A DNA stretch of 64,000 nucleotides from a bacterium (lineage in GTDB: Bacteria; UBA8248), in the NCBI GenBank assembly GCA_965207065.1, contig OZ242260.1:3904001-3968000 (forward strand), written 5' to 3'. This document shows, in pieces, positions 57,083-64,000 of the stretch. A program made the translations under genes and the position numbers. Under the pieces are notes generated by a model. That model made no database searches and had not been told where the DNA came from. It was given only the letters and a program-made list of their open reading frames with translations. Each line of letters starts with the position of its first letter. Position 1 is the first letter of the stretch.

Positions 57083-58255
57083 TTATTCCGGTTTTCCCGC
57101 CACCTCGGTGAGCTTGCGCCGCCCCGCCCCCGATGGCCTGAGAAGCCTGCCTCCCAGGACCACGTGCGTCGCCTCGAGCATCCGGCTCCCCTTGCGCCGC
57201 GCGCCCATGGAATCCTCGAAAACGAACCGGCCTTCCTTCATCCGGAACACGGCGACGTCGCCTCTCGCGCCTTTTTTGAGCGTCCCCACCTTGCCTTTGA
57301 GGCCAATCCACTCGGCGGCCGTCTGCGTGCTGAGGCGGACCACTTCCGCGAGAGGAAAGCCCAGGGCCAGAAACTTGCTCATGAGGCTGGGAAAATCATA
57401 CACCGGCCCGTGGATGCAGTGCGTATGGAGGTCGGTGCTCAGGTTGCCCGGCATCAGGCCCTGCGCCATGGCGCGCTCCATAATCTCGAAGCTGAAGCTC
57501 GAGCGCCCATGAGCGACGTCGAGCAGCACGCCCGAATCCCTCGCCTCCCACACCGCGCGGCGCACCCTGCCTCTCCCGTCGAGAATGTTCTCCCGCCTGC
57601 CGTGGAACGCGTGCGTGAGCACGTCGCCCGGGCGGAGGCGCTTCAGGATGCTCGGCAAAGAAGAAGGCGTATCGCCCACGTGCACCATCAGGGGAACCTT
57701 CAGGAATTCCGAGGCCTCGAGCGCCGCATCCAGGGGCTTCGAGCCGCTGCGCTCCACCACATTGTCACTCAGACGCACCTTCATGCCGATCAAGTATTTC
57801 CGGTGCGTCTCGTAGCACGCCACCGCCCTGTCCACGCGCAGCGCACGCATGTCGATGTTCTCGCCGAGGCCGTCTATCAGTAGCCCGCCTTCGGAGATGT
57901 TGAGATACGCGCGCACCGTCGGGCGGGCCTTCTCCAGGAACCATTCCTGAAAACTCGGGTACGTTTGCGCGCCTGCGCTGCCCGTATCGACTGCCGTCGT
58001 CACGCCGCGCGATAGCATCGTCGCATCCAGATTCACGCCGTAGTGCGTGAAACCCTCATAGAAATGGCAGTGGAGGTCGACCAGGCCGGGGGTGACGATT
58101 TTCCCCCGCGCGTTCAATGTCTGCCTGCCCTCCGGCTCGATGTGGGGCGCCACCCGCCTCACGCGGCCGCGCGCGATCTCGACGTCCATCGTCCCTTCGA
58201 GTTCCTGGGAAGGGTCGATCACGTATCCGCCGCGTATGACGATGTCCATGCGCAT
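57083..58255 (-). CDS. Amidohydrolase/deacetylase-family metallohydrolase (dihydroorotase-like)
   Basis: PGLVDLHCH, VDTGSAG, GMKVRLS, LMVHVG, THAFHG, DVAHGRSSF, STDLH. Confidence 0.85.
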   Translation of the reverse strand: MRMDIVIRGGYVIDPSQELEGTMDVEIARGRVRRVAPHIEPEGRQTLNARGKIVTPGLVDLHCHFYEGFTHYGVNLDATMLSRGVTTAVDTGSAGAQTYPSFQEWFLEKARPTVRAYLNISEGGLLIDGLGENIDMRALRVDRAVACYETHRKYLIGMKVRLSDNVVERSGSKPLDAALEASEFLKVPLMVHVGDTPSSLPSILKRLRPGDVLTHAFHGRRENILDGRGRVRRAVWEARDSGVLLDVAHGRSSFSFEIMERAMAQGLMPGNLSTDLHTHCIHGPVYDFPSLMSKFLALGFPLAEVVRLSTQTAAEWIGLKGKVGTLKKGARGDVAVFRMKEGRFVFEDSMGARRKGSRMLEATHVVLGGRLLRPSGAGRRKLTEVAGKPE

Positions 58256-58348
58256 GACTCCTTGGTTGAAACGAGGCGCAAGCCGCGAGAAACTGCGAGC
58301 GCCTAGACGGATAAATAGCGGATTCGGATCATTATTCCCCCCGAAGCG

Positions 58349-58378
58349 TTGACATGCAATCGCCGCGAGGTGGATTAT
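58349..58378 (+). promoter_or_regulatory. Putative sigma70 promoter of the ACAD-selenoprotein operon
   Basis: TTGACA-N18-GATTAT, 55 nt upstream of the ATG at 58433. Confidence 0.45.
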
Positions 58379-58432
58379 GAAAGCATAAACCCTAGCGCTT
58401 TCTCAAAATAATCAAACCGCTGGAGCCATGAA

Positions 58433-59605
58433 ATGAGCCTGCAAACGGAATCCACGCTGCAATTCGATTTAGACGAAACGCAAAAGATGCTCCGCCAGAC
58501 GGTGCGCGAACTCTCGGAGCGCTACATCGCCCCGCGCGCCGCCGACATCGACGAGAACGAGGAGTACCCCGAAGACATCTTCCAGCTCCAGAAAGAACAC
58601 GGCCTGCTCGGCATTTTCTTCCCCGAGGAATACGGGGGCGGCGGCATGGGCTTTCTGGGCGGGTGCGTCGCCATCGAGGAGATAGCGCGCGTCTGCTCGA
58701 ACTCCCCGCTCTTCATCGTGCTCAACATGCTCTCGAGCCGCGTCATCGACCTGAGCGGCACGCAGGAGCAGAAAGACCACTACATGACGGGCCTCGCGAA
58801 AGGCGAACTCAGAGGCTCCTACGCCCTCACCGAACCCCACGCGGGTTCTGACGCGGGCAACATCCGCACGCGCGCCGTCAAGGAGGGTGACGAGTGGGTC
58901 ATCAACGGCACCAAGTGCTTCTGCACCGGGCCCGACAAGGCGGACTTCATCACCGTCGCCGCCAAGACCGACCCCCACGCCGGCACGCGCGGCATCACCT
59001 ACTACATCGTGCCCACCGACGCGCCGGGCTTCAGCATCGCCAAGCACGAGCGCAAGATGGGCATGCGCGGCATCTCGACCTGCATGCTCAACCTCGACAA
59101 CGTGGCCGTTCCGCTCGAGAACCAGGTGGGCGAGCTGAACCAGGGCTTCAAGACCGCGATGGTCGGCTTCAACCAGATGCGGCCCGCCATCGGCTCGCGC
59201 GCCGTGGGCCTGGCCCAGGGCTGTCTCGACTACGCGGCCAACTACGCCAAGGAGCGTGAGGCGTTCGGAAAGCCCATCGCCCAGCACCAGGCCGTGCAGT
59301 TCATGCTCGCCGACATGTTCATGGACATCGAGGCGGCGCGATTGCTCGTCTACCGCGCGGCCGCCATGGTGGATGCGGGCCAGATCGGCAAGGAGAACGC
59401 CAGGTACTTCTCGACGGCCAAGACATACGCGGCCGACATGGCCATGAAGTGCGCGATAGACGGCATCCAGGTCTTGGGTGGAGCGGGCTACATGAAGGAC
59501 CACCCGCTCGAACGCTTCATGCGCGACGCCAAGCAGATCCAGATCGTCGAGGGAACGAGCCAGATACAGCGGATGATCATCGCCCGGAACCTGCTCGGCC
59601 TCTAG
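58433..59605 (+). CDS. Acyl-CoA dehydrogenase family protein
   Basis: ALTEPHAGSDA, INGTKCF, KMGMRG, REAFGKPI, IVEGTSQIQR. Confidence 0.94.
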   Translation: MSLQTESTLQFDLDETQKMLRQTVRELSERYIAPRAADIDENEEYPEDIFQLQKEHGLLGIFFPEEYGGGGMGFLGGCVAIEEIARVCSNSPLFIVLNMLSSRVIDLSGTQEQKDHYMTGLAKGELRGSYALTEPHAGSDAGNIRTRAVKEGDEWVINGTKCFCTGPDKADFITVAAKTDPHAGTRGITYYIVPTDAPGFSIAKHERKMGMRGISTCMLNLDNVAVPLENQVGELNQGFKTAMVGFNQMRPAIGSRAVGLAQGCLDYAANYAKEREAFGKPIAQHQAVQFMLADMFMDIEAARLLVYRAAAMVDAGQIGKENARYFSTAKTYAADMAMKCAIDGIQVLGGAGYMKDHPLERFMRDAKQIQIVEGTSQIQRMIIARNLLGL

Positions 59606-59617
59606 GAGCATGCCGAG

Positions 59618-60784
59618 GTGACGGGAAGTCCGGGTTCCGGGGGCGCGTTCGAACTCAATCCGGCCCAGCGGATGCTGGCCGAGACGGTGTATGAACTGAG
59701 CCGCCGCCACGTCGCGCCGCGCGCCGCCGAGATCGACGAGAACGACGAATACCCCGAAGACGTATTTCAGCTCTTGAAATCCCACGATCTGCTCGGTCTC
59801 TACGTGCCGGAAGCCTACGGCGGGTCGGGTCTCGGTATTCTCGAAACCTGCATCGCCATCGAGCAGATGGCGCGCTTCTGCTCGAACTCCCCCCTCTTCT
59901 TCTCCGTCCACCTCCTCGCCACGCGGCCCGTCGCCATCGGGGGAAGCGAGGCGCAAAAGCGAACCTATCTCGCCGGCGTCGCGCGGGGTGAGTTGCGGCC
60001 CGCCTTCGCGCTCACTGAGCCGCACGCGGGTACTGACGCCGCGAACATTTCTACGCGCGCCGTACGCGACGGGGATTCATGGGTGATCAACGGCCAGAAG
60101 TGCTTCTGCACGGGTTCGAGCGTGGCCGATTTCATCACCGTGGCGGCCAAGACCGAACCCGGCAAGGGGGCGAAGGGCATCTCTTTCTTCATCGTACCCA
60201 GGGGCGAATTCCGCGTGGGGCGCCATGAGCGGAAGATGGGGATGCGGGGAATCCCGACCTGCGAGGTGTTTCTGGAAAACACGCGCGTGCCCCTGGAGAA
60301 CATGATTGGCGAGCCAGGCCTTGGCTTCAAGACCGCCATGCTCGGCTTCAACCAGGCGCGGCCCGGCATCGGCGCGCGGGGCGTGGGTCTGGCGCAGGGG
60401 TGCCTCGACTATGCGGCCAATTACGCCAGGGAGCGCGAGGCATTCGGCAAGCCCATCGCGCAGCACCAAGCGGTGCAGTTCATGCTCGCCGACATGTTCA
60501 TGGAAACCGAAGCGGCACGCATGCTCGTTTACCGCGCCGCCTCGATGGTGGATAATGGGCGCTACCAAAAAGAAGACGTGCATTTCATCTGCGCCGCGAA
60601 GTGCTACGCCACCGACGCCGCCATGAAGGCCGCCGTGGACGGCGTTCAGGTGCTCGGCGGCGCGGGCTACATGAAGGACCATCCGCTCGAGCGGTTCATG
60701 AGAGACGCGAAGCAACTGCAGATCATCGAGGGGACCAACCAGATTCAGCGCATGGTCATCGCCCAGAATTTATTGAGTTTATAG
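59618..60784 (+). CDS. Acyl-CoA dehydrogenase family protein (close paralog of 58433-59605)
   Basis: ALTEPHAGTDA, INGQKCF, REAFGKPIAQHQAVQFMLADM, IIEGTNQIQR. Confidence 0.94.
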   Translation: MTGSPGSGGAFELNPAQRMLAETVYELSRRHVAPRAAEIDENDEYPEDVFQLLKSHDLLGLYVPEAYGGSGLGILETCIAIEQMARFCSNSPLFFSVHLLATRPVAIGGSEAQKRTYLAGVARGELRPAFALTEPHAGTDAANISTRAVRDGDSWVINGQKCFCTGSSVADFITVAAKTEPGKGAKGISFFIVPRGEFRVGRHERKMGMRGIPTCEVFLENTRVPLENMIGEPGLGFKTAMLGFNQARPGIGARGVGLAQGCLDYAANYAREREAFGKPIAQHQAVQFMLADMFMETEAARMLVYRAASMVDNGRYQKEDVHFICAAKCYATDAAMKAAVDGVQVLGGAGYMKDHPLERFMRDAKQLQIIEGTNQIQRMVIAQNLLSL

Positions 60785-60806
60785 TTCCCCATTACGGAGA
60801 TTCGAG

Positions 60807-61415
60807 ATGAGCCAGATGATTGAAATCTTGAAACCCACCTCTTTCGTCCGTGCGGGCGACCACCCGCTGGCGGAACGGCCCGAAGATATCGGGGGTCTCA
60901 GAATCGGCTTCTTCCACAACAACAAGCCGAACGCCGACGTCCTCTTGGAGCGGATCGAAGAACTTCTCGCGCAGGAGGACGAGACCCTGCGCATCGTCCG
61001 CTGGGGAAAGCCGAACCCCACCCTGCCGGAGGACCGCCTGGAGGAATTCCTCGAACAGGTCGACCTGGCCGTCTGCGCCGTGGGCGACTGAGGGAGTTGC
61101 ACGTCATGGAGTATCCATGACTCGGTGGAGATGGAAAAAGCGGGCGTTCCGACGGCCACGTTCTGCTCGAGTGAATTCTCGGCCCTGGGCGCGAACGAGA
61201 GAACGGCGCTGGGGATGCCCGGCCTGCCGATAGTCGTCGTTGCGCATCCGGTGGGGGGAATCGCACCGGAACAGGCGCGCGCGCTGGGAGACGGTGCGGT
61301 GGAGGAGGTGCGGCGCATCCTCACGAGCGATGCCGAATCGCTCAGGCGAGAGTACCGGGAGCGCGAATACGTGCCGCCCCGCAAAACCGTGCGCCACAAG
61401 GCGCTCTTCGCATAG
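60807..61415 (+). CDS. UGSC-family selenoprotein (in-frame UGA 61089-61091 read as Sec), 202 aa
   Basis: Track ORFs 60807-61091 and 61125-61415 are in the same frame; readthrough gives AVGD-U-GSCTSWSIHDSVEMEKAGVP; SECIS-like hairpin follows. Confidence 0.88.
61103..61121 (+). promoter_or_regulatory. Bacterial SECIS-like hairpin
   Basis: GUCAUGGA-GUA-UCCAUGAC, perfect 8-bp stem with a G-containing loop, starting after an 11-nt spacer from the UGA. Confidence 0.75.
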
Positions 61416-61428
61416 GCGGGCGCACGAA

Positions 61429-62508
61429 ATGAACGACCACTCTCAGGAAGATATTGCGTTCGAGAGCGAGCGCGTGAAGGTTCGCGACACGCCCGAGGCG
61501 ATGGCGCGCCTGCTCGAAGCCCGGGGCTGGGGCGACGGCCTCCCCGTCGTTCCCCCGACGCCCGAGCGGGTCGCCAGAATGGTCGAAGGCTCAGGCCTCG
61601 CTCCCGATGTGGAAATCGGCCTCCTGGCGCCCCGCCAGGGAGTCATCACGGTCGAGGCCCTCGCCGTGAACGCCGTGATGGCCGGCTGTCATCCTGCGTA
61701 CATGCCCGTTCTGGTCGCTGCAGTCCGGGCGGTGCTGACGCCCGAGTTCTCGCTCCACGCCATTCAGGCGACGACCCACCCGGTGGCGCCCCTCATCATC
61801 GTGAACGGCCCTATCGTCGAGGAAATCGGCCTGAATGCCGAGTATGGATGCTTCGCCCCCGGCAACCGGGCGAACGCGACGATTGGCCGCGCGATGCGCC
61901 TGACGCTCCTGAACGTGGGCGGCGCGAGCCCCGGCGTTCTGGACCGCGCCACGCAGGGATCGCCCGCGAAATACGCGTTCTGTATCGCCGAGAACGAGGC
62001 GGCCTCCCCCTGGGAGCCATTGCACGTGGAGCGCGGCTTTGCGCCCGAGGAGAGCGCGGTGACGCTCGTGGGCTGCGAGGGACCCCACAATATCAACGAT
62101 CACGTGAGCCACACGGCGGAGGGAATTCTCGCCACCGCCGCCGACACGATGTCCATCATGGGGAGCAACAACTTCTATCTGCGCGGAGAACCCGTTCTCG
62201 CCCTCGGCCCCGAGCACGCGGCCACCATCGCGGGGGACGGCCTGACGAAAGCGGATGTGAAGGGGAGAATTTTCGAGCTCGCCCGCAAGCCCGTGCGCCA
62301 GCTGAAGCGCGGCGCCATGTGGGGGATGCAGACCTGGGGCGAGGAAATAGCCGAACACGAAGACGACGATGATTTCGAGATTCCCCTGCTCGACGGTCCG
62401 GAGGATTTACTCCTCATCGTCACGGGCGGCGCCGGCAAGCACTCGTGCTACATGCCCACCTTCGGCCCCACGCGCTCGGTGACGCGGAAGATCGACACCG
62501 GCAAATAA
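61429..62508 (+). CDS. Conserved uncharacterised protein of the type found next to or fused with UGSC proteins
   Basis: GWGDGLPVVPPTPERV, AVNAVMAGC, PLIIVNGP, RANATIGRA, AENE..SPWEPLHVERGF; start reassigned to ATG 61429. Confidence 0.8.
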   Translation: MNDHSQEDIAFESERVKVRDTPEAMARLLEARGWGDGLPVVPPTPERVARMVEGSGLAPDVEIGLLAPRQGVITVEALAVNAVMAGCHPAYMPVLVAAVRAVLTPEFSLHAIQATTHPVAPLIIVNGPIVEEIGLNAEYGCFAPGNRANATIGRAMRLTLLNVGGASPGVLDRATQGSPAKYAFCIAENEAASPWEPLHVERGFAPEESAVTLVGCEGPHNINDHVSHTAEGILATAADTMSIMGSNNFYLRGEPVLALGPEHAATIAGDGLTKADVKGRIFELARKPVRQLKRGAMWGMQTWGEEIAEHEDDDDFEIPLLDGPEDLLLIVTGGAGKHSCYMPTFGPTRSVTRKIDTGK

Positions 62509-62531
62509 GGTTGTAATCACCGACCAGAGTT

Positions 62532-62774
62532 GTAGGGACAGGCCCCCGTGCCTGTCCGAGGTCGCGACCTGTCCCCACGAAACTCTCGCAGAACGTCAGG
62601 CAAACACTCCCCACTTGAGGGGTCGGGCATCCCGAGGGGAATGCCCGATGAAAAAGGCCCCCTGACAAGGGGGGTAGGGGGGGGTTGCTTCTGACGAGGA
62701 GAGTCAGCGGTTCGTGCGGAAGCGGCCTTCCCGCTAGAGGCGATGTCCCCCGATAAGGACTTTTCACCAACCCC
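62532..62774. repeat. Mosaic of REP hairpins and a MITE-type end
   Basis: GTAG-REP at 62532, cactccccacttgagggg near 62605, ccccctgacaagggggg near 62659, ttttcaccaacccc ending 62774. Confidence 0.6.
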
Positions 62775-62886
62775 GGTGAGGGAGGTTTTGAAGCGAAAGG
62801 TGAGGTCAGTTCCGACTGATGAAGGAGGAACTGAATTTGCGCTCGATTTCAGGGCCGGGATATTCAACAACGCCTTTTCGCGAAAC

Positions 62887-63477
62887 TTAGGCAGGCGACG
62901 GCAAGAGCGCCTCGGCCTGCCCCAAGACGGATTCCAGAAAACTCTCATCAGGGGAGACGCGCGACAGCACCCTGAGGCCCAGGAAGAGACCAAGCAAAGA
63001 TTTTGCAGTCAGCTCCGGATCGACTTCCGTGGAAATCTCACCATTGGCCTGGCCTCGCCTGATGGAAGCGTGAAGAAACTCCGTCATTCCAGTGAACGCG
63101 CCGGTCAATATCGAAGCCACCTCCAGATCGTGCGCGCCAAGCTCCAATGCGATGTTTACCTCGAGGCAGCCGTCGCTCGAACCGTTTTCCATCACTTCCG
63201 AAGCGGCGGCCTCGAACACGGCCAGCACCGCCTGTCGTGGCGATGAATGTTTTTCGAGTTCCTTAATCGGAGCCTCGCGGTAGAGTTGATCGTAACGGTG
63301 AAGCGCCCGCATGAACATCTCGCGCTTGTCGCCGAAGGCGTGGTACAAGCTTCCTCTGAAAAGGCCTGTTGCGTTCTCGATATCGCGAATCGACGTTGCC
63401 GAATAGCCGTGACGCCAGAACTGCCTCATGATTTTCGTTAAAACTTCGTCCATCTCGTACTTTGGCATTTTTCCCAC
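62887..63477 (-). CDS. TetR/AcrR-family transcriptional regulator
   Basis: FWRHGYSATSIRDIENATGLFRGSLYHAFGDK, GCLEVN. Confidence 0.92.
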   Translation of the reverse strand: MGKMPKYEMDEVLTKIMRQFWRHGYSATSIRDIENATGLFRGSLYHAFGDKREMFMRALHRYDQLYREAPIKELEKHSSPRQAVLAVFEAAASEVMENGSSDGCLEVNIALELGAHDLEVASILTGAFTGMTEFLHASIRRGQANGEISTEVDPELTAKSLLGLFLGLRVLSRVSPDESFLESVLGQAEALLPSPA

Positions 63478-63611
63478 GGGTCCTCTCCTCGTCCGCTCTG
63501 TAAAGCATGGAATTCATTCGCATGCCAGCGGTTTGGCGGTTCCAATCATCATTACGAGTCAAAAACTTATCACACGAAAAATTCGATTTCACGAAAATTC
63601 GCACCCTGTCG

Positions 63612-63795
63612 GCGCAGTTGAAAACCCCCTGCCCCCTTTTTCGAGGGGGTAAAGGCAAAGTTTCCCGCCGTCGAGGGGTGTGGGAAGAAAAAACCTTCCT
63701 GAGGAGGGGGTGGGAGTCGAACCCGACTGAGGAATGAGGTCGAACCCGATTGAGAAATGAGGGTTCGACGGGACCGGCGAGGGGGTTTTCGACAG
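63612..63795. mobile_element. Degenerate MITE-like element with an internal 23-bp tandem duplication
   Basis: cagttgaaaacccc ... ggggttttcgacag; gtcgaacccgaYtgagRaatgag twice at 63716-63761. Confidence 0.5.
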
Positions 63796-63971
63796 TACCT
63801 TCACCGGATGGCCACCAAGGGTGCCATCAGCCTCCATGCAAGGTATTTCTTGCCCGGCGCCGCGCGACAAATCCACTCGTTTGCGTTGCCTCGGGTTCGG
63901 CCCCCGTGCTAGATTCTCGTTTCCGGGGAAGATGACCTTTCTTTTCTGATGAGATGGGGGAGAAACAATCC

Positions 63972-64000
63972 ATGGCGAAACAACAAATCAACTCCGATAA
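63972..64000 (+). CDS. Possible start of a gene running off the window (MAKQQINSD...)
   Basis: ATG preceded by a GGGGAG SD-like sequence; too short to assign. Confidence 0.3.

Noticed and set aside
61125-61415. Independent 96-aa gene or nonsense-mutated pseudogene
   Set aside because: In frame with 60807-61091 across a UGA in a UGSC motif with a SECIS-like hairpin; treated as one selenoprotein.
63698-63775. tRNA 3'-end-like (GGGTTCGACTCCC on the minus strand) or tmRNA 5'-like (GGTTCGACGGG) sequence; 23-bp repeat as mini-CRISPR
   Set aside because: No cloverleaf, acceptor-stem partner or tag ORF on the same strand; the repeats are directly adjacent without spacers and lie inside a MITE-like element.

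Overview
High-GC, probably diderm bacterial chromosome segment (GT9 heptosyltransferase, SurA-like chaperones); taxonomy cannot be fixed from sequence alone. Most of it is housekeeping genes on the minus strand: icd-mdh-fumAB-sucCD-ndk-SDR-uvrA-truA-trpEG-trpD-trpC; tal-fmdB-gdhA-nodIJ-like-alkA-dgt; lepA-lepB; aroF-metalloenzyme-rodZ-like-mfd-two PPIases-S4; pyrR-pyrB-pyrC-carA-carB. Three accessory patches (about 0-4 kb, 33-39 kb, 62.5-64 kb) hold toxin-antitoxin genes and remnants, DUF2971-like and ankyrin genes, and dense MITE/REP-like palindromes. Main observations not in the ORF track: (1) a UGA-readthrough UGSC-motif selenoprotein with a SECIS-like hairpin, in an operon with two tandem acyl-CoA dehydrogenases and an uncharacterised partner; (2) a 46-bp inverted repeat pair (43/46 identical), each copy with an adjacent IHF-like site, bracketing a 12.6-kb block of core genes that contains a smooth low-GC trough; (3) unannotated leader-peptide attenuators for trpE (Trp) and aroF (Tyr+Phe), plus a PyrR element; (4) a decayed toxin-antitoxin region in which an ORF6N-derived 25-bp palindrome is kept in three copies. 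No rRNA, tRNA, CRISPR array, integrase or transposase was found.
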